NCBI GenBank assembly: GCA_965215155.1
Contig: CBDCCY010000002.1
Location: forward strand, 431,386-495,385
DNA: 64,000 nt
DNA from: Vicinamibacterales bacterium
Lineage (GTDB): Bacteria; Acidobacteriota; Vicinamibacteria; Vicinamibacterales; UBA8438
Reading direction: 5' to 3'
Both the position numbers and the translations under genes were made by a program. Of this stretch, positions 46,126-55,135 are shown piece after piece. Position 1 is the stretch's first letter, and every line of letters begins with the position of its first letter. The notes below the pieces were generated by a model. It was not told the DNA's origin. It saw only the letters and a program-made list of their open reading frames with translations, and made no database searches.

Positions 46126-47376
46126 GTGGAGCAGCAAACGATGAATCTGTTCTCGCGCGCGTTGATGGTGACCGTGGCCGTTGCGACGCTGACCGGCCTC
46201 GCGGCGAGCACGGCGGCGCAGGACTGGCCGCAGTGGCGGGGTCCGGCCCGCGACGGCGTGGCGGCGGCGTTCGACGTTCCGGCGAGCTGGCCCGACGCCC
46301 TCGAGCGCCACTGGTCGGTGGAGATCGGGCTCGGCTACGCCGCTCCCGTCCTGATCGCCGACCGGCTCTACCTCTTCACGCGGCAGGGCGACGACGAGGT
46401 CATGACCGCGCTCGATGCGGCGAGCGGCGAGACCGTGTGGCGGACGAACTACGCGGCGCCGTTCGACATGAACCCGTCTACGGCGCGGCACCGGGCAGGG
46501 CCGAAGTCGACCCCGACGTTCGACAACGGCCGCCTCTTCGCCCACGGCATGACCGGATCCGTCACCGCCTTCGACGCCGCGACCGGCGAGCAGCTCTGGC
46601 AGTTTCCCGGCACGGGCGTGGTGCCGCTGTTCCACACCTCGATGTCGCCGCTCGTGGTCGGCGACCTCGTCATCGTCCACATCGGCGGCCACGATGACGG
46701 CGCCCTGACCGCGTTCGATGCCGCGACCGGGGCCGTCCGCTGGAGCTGGGACGGTGACGGGCCGGCCTACGGGTCGCCGATGCTGTTCGATCTCGGCGGG
46801 ATCCGGCAGGTGGTCGTCTTCACGCAGGAGCACTTCGTCGGCGTGTCGCTCGAGACCGGCGCGCTCCTGTGGAGCCGGCCGTTCCTCACGCGGGCCCTGA
46901 CCACGTCGCAGACGCCGATCCTCTACCGGGACATGGTGATCCAAAACGGGCGCGGCAACGGCGTGACCGCGTTCCGCGTCGCCCTGGGGGCGGACGGCTG
47001 GACCACCGAGGACGTCTGGCACACGGACGAGGTGTCGCTGCACATGACCAACGGCGTCGTCAACGACGGCGTCCTCTACGGGCTCTCGCACCTCAACAGC
47101 GGGCAGTACTTCGGACTCGACCTCGACACCGGCGAGGTGCTGTGGACCAGCGCGCCGCGGCAGGCCGAGAACGCGTCCATCCTCCGGTCGGGCGACACGA
47201 TCCTCTCCCTGGAGGACGACGCCGAGCTGGTCGTGCTGGCCCACAGCCGGGCCGCGTTCACGCCCGTCCAGCGCTACGAGGTGGCCGATAGCGAGACCTG
47301 GACGCAGCCGACCCTCTCCGGGAATCGCCTGTTCATCAAGGACGTCTCGACGCTGACGCTCTGGACGCTCGACTGA
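46126..47376 (+). CDS. PQQ-like (BamB-type) beta-propeller repeat protein, secreted
   Basis: AQDWPQWRGPARDG...LYLFTRQGDDEVMTALDAASGETVWR with repeated propeller units. An alternative ATG is at 46141. Confidence 0.8.
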   Translation: MEQQTMNLFSRALMVTVAVATLTGLAASTAAQDWPQWRGPARDGVAAAFDVPASWPDALERHWSVEIGLGYAAPVLIADRLYLFTRQGDDEVMTALDAASGETVWRTNYAAPFDMNPSTARHRAGPKSTPTFDNGRLFAHGMTGSVTAFDAATGEQLWQFPGTGVVPLFHTSMSPLVVGDLVIVHIGGHDDGALTAFDAATGAVRWSWDGDGPAYGSPMLFDLGGIRQVVVFTQEHFVGVSLETGALLWSRPFLTRALTTSQTPILYRDMVIQNGRGNGVTAFRVALGADGWTTEDVWHTDEVSLHMTNGVVNDGVLYGLSHLNSGQYFGLDLDTGEVLWTSAPRQAENASILRSGDTILSLEDDAELVVLAHSRAAFTPVQRYEVADSETWTQPTLSGNRLFIKDVSTLTLWTLD

Positions 47377-47407
47377 GGAGTCCGCGCCGCAGAACGGCGC
47401 GGACTCC
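47377..47407 (+). terminator. Terminator-like hairpin
   Basis: GGAGTCCGCGCCG-cagaa-CGGCGCGGACTCC forms a perfect 13-bp stem starting 1 nt after the stop codon. Confidence 0.6.
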
Positions 47408-47514
47408 GGCAGCAACCGCTGGGCGCGAATCGGAGCCGCGGGCGACGGTTTCGAGGCCGGCCGCCGGACGCAGAGATCCGAGTACGACGCGGATCGCCCG
47501 GGAGGGACGCAGCC

Positions 47515-48321
47515 ATGTCGGTAGAGGGCATCGGGTCTCGGGGAGCGGAACGCGGCGCTCGGCACAGGCGGCGCGGGCGCGCGACCCTCGCAGCAGCAGC
47601 CGCGGTCATCGCCCTCGCGGCCGGCGGCGGGGCGCCGGCCGGCGCGCAGAGCGGGGAGGAGCCGTCGGTCTGGGACGGCGTCTACTCCGAGGCGCAGGCC
47701 GAACGCGGCCGGCAGCTCTACGAGGCGAGCTGCGCGCGGTGCCACGGCGACGACCTCTCCGGCGCGAACGCCCGCCCCCTGGCCGGCGAGAGCTTCATCC
47801 GCGACTGGGGCGGCCTGAAGCTGGATGGGGTTCTCACGCGCGCCAGGACCATGCCCCCGGGCGGGGCAGGCAGCCTGGGCGAGGCCGGGTATGTCGACAT
47901 CATCGCCTACGTGCTCGCGGTGAACGAGTTCCCGCACGGAGAGCACGAGCTGACCTCGGCGCGCGCGGGCGACATCCTCGTGTACGGCGAGGACGGGCCG
48001 GACGCCGTCCCGAACTTCGCCATGGTGCAGGTGGTCGGCTGTCTTGCGCGGAAGGAGGCGACCTGGTTCGTGACCGACGGCAGCGAGCCGATCCGCACCC
48101 GAGACCCCGACGCCTCGGCCGGCGACATCCTGGAGCTGACCCGAGCGATGCCGCTCGGGGGCAACACCTTCGAGCTGATGTATGTCTTCCCGAGCCCCGA
48201 TCCCTACCAGGGCCATCGGGTCGAGGCCAAGGGATTCCTGATCCGCCGCGCGGAAGCCGGCGCGACCGATGCCATCAACGTCACCGCGGTGGCGAGCCTG
48301 TCGCCGGCGTGCGCGCCGTAG
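47515..48321 (+). CDS. c-type cytochrome domain protein
   Basis: QAERGRQLYEASCARCHGDDLSG carries the CxxCH motif, with a signal peptide upstream. Confidence 0.75.
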   Translation: MSVEGIGSRGAERGARHRRRGRATLAAAAAVIALAAGGGAPAGAQSGEEPSVWDGVYSEAQAERGRQLYEASCARCHGDDLSGANARPLAGESFIRDWGGLKLDGVLTRARTMPPGGAGSLGEAGYVDIIAYVLAVNEFPHGEHELTSARAGDILVYGEDGPDAVPNFAMVQVVGCLARKEATWFVTDGSEPIRTRDPDASAGDILELTRAMPLGGNTFELMYVFPSPDPYQGHRVEAKGFLIRRAEAGATDAINVTAVASLSPACAP

Positions 48322-48476
48322 CCTGCCGGGAACGTCCGCCGCGCCGCGAGTGCCCGTGCGGCTCGAAGGCGAACGCCACCGGCGTGGCCCTGATGCCGGA
48401 CTTGGGGTTGTCGGCCAGCGCTGGGGCAGCCTGCCCGGCAACATGACGATGTCGGCGGCGCCCATCCCCGGCGGCG

Positions 48477-49520
48477 ATGAAGGAGGACCCGATGTCCAGC
48501 CGATGCGTTCGCCTCCTGACGGTCGCCGGGCTCGTCTCCCTGTTGATCGCCTGCGGCGGCACCGGTGGGCCGACAGACACCGGCCCGGCCGGGTCGGCCC
48601 CGCTGGAAGCCCTCTCCGCGTCCGAGCGGCAACTCGTCGGCACCTGGTCCCTCTCCCGCATCGAGCGCGGCAACGCCGACGGCGACCCGGTGTCCCCGCC
48701 GGTCGAGGATCGGCTCGGCTATCTCATCTACGACGCCTCGGGGCACATGGGTGTGACGCTCATGCGTCCCGACCGCGAGCCGTACTCCACCGGCGGACCG
48801 ACCGCGGACGAAGCGCTCGCGCTGTTCGGCAGCTACACCTCGTACTTCGGGCGCTTCAGTGTCGACGACACCCAAGGCACCGTCACGCATCATCTGGAAG
48901 GAAGCCTCGACCCAGCCGGCGCCGGCGCGGACTACGTGCGCTTCTACACGCTGTCCGATGACCACCTGACGCTCCAGCCGCCGCCCGCGACCGACGGCTC
49001 CACGGTCTCGCTGACCTGGGTGCGGCAGCCCGACCTGTCCGCGTCCGATCTGACGGACACGCATCGCCAGCTCGTCGGCTCGTACCGCATCGACTCCGTC
49101 ACCCGCCACACCACCGACGGCTTCGCCGTCGACGCCGACCAGTACGAGACCGGCTACCTCTTCTACTCGCCGTCCGGCCACATGTCCGTGCACCTGGCGC
49201 GGCCCGGCCGCGCGCCGTTCCCCGGCGAGGCACCGACCGCCGACGAGGCCCTGCGTCTGGCGCGGAGCTACGTCAGCTACTTCGGTCCCTACGAGGTGAA
49301 CGAGGTGGCCGGCTGCATCACCTGTCCCGGACCGCGTGACCAGGGGTACCTGATTCATCGCGTGGTCGGCAGCGGGGATCCCCGGGGTGCAGGCACGGAC
49401 GCCCGGCGCTACTACGAGCTGAGCGACACCCACCTCACGCTGCGGCCTCCCGTCCGTACGGACGACGAGGGCCGTGAGGTAGTCACGGCCCTCCGCTGGA
49501 CGCGGCTGCCCGCTCGGTGA
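48477..49520 (+). CDS. Lipoprotein with two tandem lipocalin-like domains
   Basis: Lipobox LLIAC. Two units follow the pattern LVGTW.L.........G.L.Y..SGHM.V.L... Confidence 0.75.
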   Translation: MKEDPMSSRCVRLLTVAGLVSLLIACGGTGGPTDTGPAGSAPLEALSASERQLVGTWSLSRIERGNADGDPVSPPVEDRLGYLIYDASGHMGVTLMRPDREPYSTGGPTADEALALFGSYTSYFGRFSVDDTQGTVTHHLEGSLDPAGAGADYVRFYTLSDDHLTLQPPPATDGSTVSLTWVRQPDLSASDLTDTHRQLVGSYRIDSVTRHTTDGFAVDADQYETGYLFYSPSGHMSVHLARPGRAPFPGEAPTADEALRLARSYVSYFGPYEVNEVAGCITCPGPRDQGYLIHRVVGSGDPRGAGTDARRYYELSDTHLTLRPPVRTDDEGREVVTALRWTRLPAR

Positions 49521-49716
49521 AGGCGTCGTCACTCGCCGGCGGTCGCTGACAGTCGTCCGCGCCTCACAGGGCCGATCGCGGTGGTCGGTGGCCGGAGGGC
49601 ATCGCCGCACCACCCGGGAGTGGGCTGTGCGTTCAGGACGCTGGGTTTCTCGACCGCGGTGCAGAATACTCATGAGTGATTTCTACTGCACTTCAAAATG
49701 CTGATACGCTGGCCGC

Positions 49717-50844
49717 GTGCAGGTCCGTCCGAGGTACCTCGCAGCCCAGATCGAACGAGACCTCGCGAGCAAGATGGTCTTCGTCGCCGGACCACGCCAG
49801 GTCGGCAAGACCACGCTCGCCCGGACGCTGCCGGGAGCCCAGGCCGGGTACCTCAACTGGGACGTCGCCGAGGATCGCGAGCGCATCCTGCGTCGCGAGC
49901 TTCCCCCGACCGGTTCGTGGGTCTTCGACGAGATCCACAAGTACCGCGACTGGCGCAACTACCTGAAGGGGCTGTACGACGCGCGGGACACCCGCCGGCA
50001 CGGGGCGCGCATCCTGGTGACCGGCAGCGCGCGACTGGATCTGTACCGCTTCGGCGGCGACTCGCTGCAGGGTCGCTATCACCTCCTGCGCCTGCACCCC
50101 CTGTCGGCGGCCGAGCTGGACCTGCGGACGCCGGCCGACCTGCGCGACCTGCTGACCCTCGGCGGATTCCCCGAGCCGTACCTCGGCGGCTCGGAGGTCG
50201 AGGCGCGCCGCTGGTCGCGCCAGCACCGGACGCTGCTGATCCGGGAGGAGGTCACCGCGCTCGAACGGGTCCAGGACCTGGGCACGCTGGAGCTGCTGAT
50301 GCTGCGGCTGCCCGAGCTGGTCGGCTCGCCGCTGTCGATCAACGCGATTCGGGAGGACCTGCAGGTCAGCCACAAGACGGCCGCCGCCTGGCTGCAGGTG
50401 TTCGAGCGCCTCTACGCCATCTTCCGCCTCCCGCCCTTCGGCGCACCGGCCGTCCGTGCCGTCAAGAAGGAACAGAAGCACTATCACGTCGACTGGTCCG
50501 TGGTTCCGGACGAGGCGGCGCGCTTCGAGAACCTCGTGGCGTGCCATCTCCTGAAGTGGGTCCACCACCAGCAGGACGCGCTGGGCCGCGACCTCGAGCT
50601 GCGCTACTTCCGCGACACGGACAGCCGGGAGGTCGACTTCGTTATCGTGGACGGGCGACTGCCGCTGCGCTGCGTCGAATGCAAGTGGGCCGACGCACCC
50701 GTCGACAAGAGCCTGCGCTACTTCAAGGTGCGCTTTCCCGACTGCGACGCGTGGCAGATATCGGCCACCGGGGCGAAGGACTACGTCAGCCCCGACGGCG
50801 TCCGCGTCGCCCCGGCGCTGGCGCTGCTCGGCGGTCTCGTGTGA
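49717..50844 (+). CDS. AAA_14 ATPase with a DUF4143 C-terminal domain
   Basis: VFVAGPRQVGKTTLA (Walker A), WVFDEIHKY (Walker B-like), and the ...EVDFVIV... tail. GTG start, preceded by an AT-richer spacer. Confidence 0.8.
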   Translation: MQVRPRYLAAQIERDLASKMVFVAGPRQVGKTTLARTLPGAQAGYLNWDVAEDRERILRRELPPTGSWVFDEIHKYRDWRNYLKGLYDARDTRRHGARILVTGSARLDLYRFGGDSLQGRYHLLRLHPLSAAELDLRTPADLRDLLTLGGFPEPYLGGSEVEARRWSRQHRTLLIREEVTALERVQDLGTLELLMLRLPELVGSPLSINAIREDLQVSHKTAAAWLQVFERLYAIFRLPPFGAPAVRAVKKEQKHYHVDWSVVPDEAARFENLVACHLLKWVHHQQDALGRDLELRYFRDTDSREVDFVIVDGRLPLRCVECKWADAPVDKSLRYFKVRFPDCDAWQISATGAKDYVSPDGVRVAPALALLGGLV

Positions 50845-50910
50845 GTGCGGCAGCACGCCGCGCGCCGGCGTCGGCGCTCGGCCGCGCCAGTGCCGGTGTA
50901 CGATGCCGGT

Positions 50911-51312
50911 ATGGATCGGCCGCTTCCGAAACCGACGCTCGATACGGTGGCCTCGATAGCCCGCGCGACGGTCGGACTCGACCTGCTGATCCTGTTCGGC
51001 TCGCGGGCGCGAGGGGACGCGGGACCCGGTGCGGACTGGGACTTCGGGTACCTGGCGGACGCGGCGGTCGACGCGCCGGGGTTGCTCGCTGCCCTGGTGG
51101 AGGCGCTCGGCAACGATCGCGTCGACGTGGCGGACCTGCGGCGAACCAGCGGCCTGCTGCGGTATCGAGCTGCCTGCGAGGGTGTGTTGGTGTACGAGGC
51201 CTCCGCAGATTACTTCGATCGGTATCGCCTGCAGGCCGTCCAGTTCTGGTGTGACAACGCGCCCGTATTCGACCGCGGTTATGACGAGATCCTGGAGACC
51301 CTGCCGCCTTGA
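50911..51312 (+). CDS. mntA: MntA-type nucleotidyltransferase antitoxin
   Basis: LLILFGSRARGDAGPGADWDFGY matches the GSxxRG...DxD minimal nucleotidyltransferase motif. Confidence 0.8.
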   Translation: MDRPLPKPTLDTVASIARATVGLDLLILFGSRARGDAGPGADWDFGYLADAAVDAPGLLAALVEALGNDRVDVADLRRTSGLLRYRAACEGVLVYEASADYFDRYRLQAVQFWCDNAPVFDRGYDEILETLPP

Positions 51313-51731
51313 GCGTCCTCGACCGGGCCGTACTGGCCGAGCGCGTGATGACCGTGCAGCGCCACCTTGCGCGGGTAGCGGAGCGGCTGCCGGCATCGCC
51401 GGCCGACTTCCGACCGGCATCCGACGCCTCGGACGCCGTCGTGCTTCACCTGTGGCAGGCAACGCAGATCGTGATCGACGTAGCGATGGGAGCCTGTCTT
51501 GCGCTGCGGCTGGGAACGCCCCGCAGCTATGGGGATGCGTTCCGGCGTCTCGAAGACGCAGGGGTCATCGAAGCCGACCTCGCCGGCCGTCTCGTGCGGG
51601 CGGCCGGATTCCGCAATATCGTGGCCCACGCCTACGAATCGCTTGACTTGGCACGGGTCCACCGCGCAGCGACAGACGGACCCGCCGACCTGCTGCTGTT
51701 TCTCGGTCGCCTGGGGAGCCACGCCCGGTAG
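51309..51731 (+). CDS. hepT: HepT-type (DUF86, HEPN) toxin
   Basis: Overlaps mntA by 4 nt. The R-x4-H motif is in AGFRNIVAHAY. Confidence 0.8.
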   Translation: MSVLDRAVLAERVMTVQRHLARVAERLPASPADFRPASDASDAVVLHLWQATQIVIDVAMGACLALRLGTPRSYGDAFRRLEDAGVIEADLAGRLVRAAGFRNIVAHAYESLDLARVHRAATDGPADLLLFLGRLGSHAR

Positions 51732-51757
51732 CGCGCCCTGGCGGGCGCGCTACCGGG
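51724..51757. terminator. Strong hairpin spanning the hepT stop codon
   Basis: CCCGGTAGCGCGCCC-tggc-GGGCGCGCTACCGGG forms a perfect 15-bp stem between convergent genes. Confidence 0.6.
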
Positions 51758-51811
51758 CGTGGACAGCGACGGCTGCGTGGCAGGCCTGCGGCGCAGACTA
51801 CTGCCCGGAGG

Positions 51812-51997
51812 CTACCGGCTCGACCGGCGCTGCCCGATCGTCCCCGCGAGGCCGCCGCCGATACCGCCGGCAACGCCCCCGCCGACACCGCCCGCCACCG
51901 CACCCTCGAGGCCAAGCGCGTGGGCGACCACGGCCGTGATCACCCCGACCACCGCGGAGACCGCGACGATGGTCACGAGCGCGCCACGGGTCCTCAT
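51812..51997 (-). CDS. Small glycine-zipper membrane protein (61 aa)
   Basis: MRTRGALVTIVAVSAVVGVITAVVAHALGLEGAVAGGVGGGVAGGIGGGLAGTIGQ. It lies 5 nt downstream of the ankyrin gene. Confidence 0.5.
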   Translation of the reverse strand: MRTRGALVTIVAVSAVVGVITAVVAHALGLEGAVAGGVGGGVAGGIGGGLAGTIGQRRSSR

Positions 51998-52002
51998 CCG
52001 GG

Positions 52003-53493
52003 CTACTGGCCGACCAACGGCGGGGTGACTCCGCCTGCCTCCATCGCCGCGCGGACGGCGGCGGCGGTCACCGGGCTGCTCTGGATGTTCATGCCGCGGT
52101 GCACGCCGGCCACGATCTCGAGCGGCGTCCAGCCGCGGGAGTTGGGCTGGTTCCAGACGTCGATGTCGGCCCCGGCCTCGGCGAGGAACCGGACGACGCC
52201 GGGCAGGTGCTTGTAGGCGGCCCCGTGCATGACCGTCTCGCCGTTGTCGTCGACCTCGTTCAGGTCGCCGCCCAGCTCCAGGGCCACCCGGACGGCCGCG
52301 AGCACCTCCGGCTCGGTGCCGGGGTCCTCGCCCGGCGATGACGTCCCCACGCCGGCCGCGACCATGATCGGGGTCGTGTTGTCCTCGTTCGGAAGCAGGG
52401 GATCCGCACCGAGCTCGGCCAGCAGCCGCATCAGGTCGGCATCGCCGGTGCGGGCCGCGAGCAGGAACGGGGTGCCGCCGAGGAAGTTGAGGCGGGTGAT
52501 GCCGGCCGGCGGCCGGCGGGTGACGCGGGCGTTCACGTCGGCGCCGGCGGCGACCAGCTTGCGCACGAACTCCAGGCTCGTCATGTTGCCGGAACCCGGT
52601 GGCGGCGGGTTGTTGCTGCCGGCGATCCCGGACTTGCGCACCCACGACACCTGGTGGAGCGCCGTCCAGCCCCGCGAGGCGACGTTGACGTCGGCCCCGC
52701 GATCGACGAGCAGGGCGGCGATCTCGTAGTGCGCGTTGGCGGCCGCGAGCAGGAACGCGTTCAGCCCTGTAGCGGCGCGTTCGGCGCTCGTTCCGCCCCG
52801 GCGCGTCTCCTCGGTGACGGGCAGCGCCTCCTCGACATCCGCCCCCGCCTCGAGCAGCGTCTGGACGACGCCGATACGTCCCTCGCGAATGGCGAACAGG
52901 AGCGGCGTCCAGCCCTTCGCGGAGCGCGCCGCGACGTCGGCGCCGCGGGAGAGCATCGTCGGCATGACGTGCGCGTGCCCCTCGGCCGCCGCCCACATCA
53001 GCGCCGTCTGGCCCCGCCAGCTCTCGGCGGCGTTCACGTCGGCCCCGCGGTCCAGGAGCAACCGGACGACGTCGAGCGCGCCGGTGCGCGCCGCTGTCAT
53101 CAGCGCCGTCTCGCCCTCGGCCAGCGCGGTGTCGGGGTCCGCGCCGGCGTCGAGGAGCAACTCGACGATGGCCGCGTTCCCGTTCGTGCAGGCCAGCGAG
53201 ATGGGCCTCACCCCGTACCGGTTCGCCGCCTCCGGGTCCGCCCCGGCCGCCAGGAGCAGCTCGACGATCGCCGCGTCGTCGGCGTGCGCCGCCCAGTGGA
53301 GCGGCGTCGTGCCGTCCGGATCGGCGGCCATGACGTCGGCCCCGCGCTCGATTGCGGCGCGCACACCCGCCGCGTCGGCAGTTTGAACGGCGCCGATCAA
53401 CCCAGCGTCCGCCTCGACCGCGACCACGGCCTCGGCACCGGCAATACCAACCGCCACCAGGAACGCCGACAACCCAAGGACCGAGCGGTGCAT
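52003..53493 (-). CDS. Secreted ankyrin-repeat protein (copy 2)
   Basis: ATG 53493 is preceded by GGGGGAGAG. Signal peptide. Collinear with the 30832..32358 product (for example GQTALMWAAAEGHAHV versus EQTALMWAAAEGNADA). Confidence 0.85.
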   Translation of the reverse strand: MHRSVLGLSAFLVAVGIAGAEAVVAVEADAGLIGAVQTADAAGVRAAIERGADVMAADPDGTTPLHWAAHADDAAIVELLLAAGADPEAANRYGVRPISLACTNGNAAIVELLLDAGADPDTALAEGETALMTAARTGALDVVRLLLDRGADVNAAESWRGQTALMWAAAEGHAHVMPTMLSRGADVAARSAKGWTPLLFAIREGRIGVVQTLLEAGADVEEALPVTEETRRGGTSAERAATGLNAFLLAAANAHYEIAALLVDRGADVNVASRGWTALHQVSWVRKSGIAGSNNPPPPGSGNMTSLEFVRKLVAAGADVNARVTRRPPAGITRLNFLGGTPFLLAARTGDADLMRLLAELGADPLLPNEDNTTPIMVAAGVGTSSPGEDPGTEPEVLAAVRVALELGGDLNEVDDNGETVMHGAAYKHLPGVVRFLAEAGADIDVWNQPNSRGWTPLEIVAGVHRGMNIQSSPVTAAAVRAAMEAGGVTPPLVGQ

Positions 53494-53531
53494 AGGACTC
53501 TCCCCCTGCAACTGAAGACACCTGCAACGAA

Positions 53532-54125
53532 TCAATCGGCCCGCACGGCCAGACCTGCGTCCGGCTCGCCGCGACGCCCCTCCGCCGACAAACCGTCCTC
53601 ACGCGACGCCCGCTCAAGGGTACGCGACCTTCCTGCATCTCGAATCGCGTCCGCTATCGGCCCGAGCCGTGCCGGTCCGGAGAACATGCCGCTGTCGAGC
53701 GTCCGACGCAGGTCGTCGGTGTTCATCGTAGCAAGGAGCTTGAAAATCCTCGGCACGCTATCCGCCCGCGAACCGGAGGAGGAGGCAGGGGCACCATGAA
53801 GCTCACAGAAGCTGCGGACGTCGCCGACCGTCGGCAGGAACGCCCTCTCGTGGAACTTCTCGGCCGCCTCCGCCAGCAATCGACGATGACTGTCCGGAAC
53901 AGCCATCTTCGATACGTACTGAGCCGCAGTAGGCTTCGGGCGGGCCTTCCGCTTTCGTCCAGGAGCGCTGCTACGGGACGACGCAGGAACGTGCCAGGTT
54001 TCCGGCCCCAGTCGATCCGAACGCACGATTCGCTCGAGACAGCGACCCACTCGCTGCTCGCCGAAATGCTGAACCAGCAGCCGCAGTTGCGCGTCGAGCA
54101 ACTCGTTCGTCATGGTCGAGGTCAC
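53532..54125 (-). CDS. Hypothetical protein, partner of the ParA-like gene
   Basis: An open frame of lower GC, 22 nt downstream of the ParA-like gene. No family was recognised. Confidence 0.5.
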   Translation of the reverse strand: MTSTMTNELLDAQLRLLVQHFGEQRVGRCLERIVRSDRLGPETWHVPASSRSSAPGRKRKARPKPTAAQYVSKMAVPDSHRRLLAEAAEKFHERAFLPTVGDVRSFCELHGAPASSSGSRADSVPRIFKLLATMNTDDLRRTLDSGMFSGPARLGPIADAIRDAGRSRTLERASREDGLSAEGRRGEPDAGLAVRAD

Positions 54126-54147
54126 CCCTGGCCGGCCACGAGTCCTA

Positions 54148-55038
54148 CTAGCGCCCTAGCGCGCGGGCGAGCCGTCCGTCGATCCAGACCAGCCGCTCGC
54201 GGTATCCCAGCGTGCGGAAGAACTCATCGGCAAACCCCGCAAATCCGCTCGGCGCGTTTCCGAGATGGTTGAGGTCGCCACGCATCATCTTCGGAAACCC
54301 CCGCGAGTGCCGTAGTTGAAACGTGAACACATGCCAACCGTTCTTGGCTGCTTCCTTCTTGATCTCCGCCAGCGCCGTGCGCTTCTCGGGCCCGCCGTCG
54401 TTTCCACCATCATAGAACGCGTTGTTGATGACGACTCCGACGACATCGATGGGGTGACCTCGGTTTCTGCTCCTGTAGTCGGCCAGGGATTGTTTCAGCA
54501 ACGAAACCCGATCGTCGCGAAGTACTCCGGGCGGACAGGAACGAGTACGTAGCGAGAGGCGCCGTACGCGGCTCGCGTGAGCACGGATTCGGTCGGCGCA
54601 CAGTCGATGAGAATCAGATCCAGGTCCGAGAAGCTCTCGGACACGAATCGCGCGAGGGTTCGTGGATCGGTCGGCAGCGACTCGACCAAGCTCTCTGCGA
54701 AATCGAATCGTGAAGGAATGAGACTGAGATTGCTGCTTCCCACCCGATGGACGACATCGGCCGCATGGAGGCTGCCCGGCGCGCCTGCGGACTTCGACGG
54801 AGGTCGGTATCCGCGAAAGATCTCGACAATGGAGGGCTCTCCGTCCTCGAGGAACTCCTTGTAGCCCTCCCTCATGAGCGCCTGCGAGAGATTCGCCTGC
54901 GGATCGAGGTCGATGGCCAACACCTTCAACCCCTGCCTTGAAGCAGCCCAGCCGAGCAGTGCAGCGATCGTCGATTTGCCGACGCCTCCCTTCAGATTTG
55001 ATGACCGACACCGCGATCGGTCCCTTGCCGCTCGCCAT
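54148..55038 (-). pseudogene. ParA/Soj-like P-loop ATPase scrambled by two compensating single-base indels
   Basis: The N-terminus MASGKGPIAVSVI and the C-terminus LLKQSLADYRSRNRGHPIDVVGVVINN... are in the frame of track ORF 54148..55038. The middle part NLKGGVGKSTIAALLGWAASRQGLKVLAIDLDPQANLSQ...LILIDCAPT...VLVPVRPEYFATIGF is in the frame of track ORF 54495..55091. The switches occur at the A3 run (complement of 54997-54999) and the T3 run (complement of 54504-54506). Confidence 0.75.
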
Positions 55039-55135
55039 CCCCGCCCCACGACCAGAACCAGAAACAACACGCGGGCTGCCGACCTGATCAAGCCGACAGC
55101 CCGCGACTCCTGCCTATCGCCGTCCCAGCGCCCCG

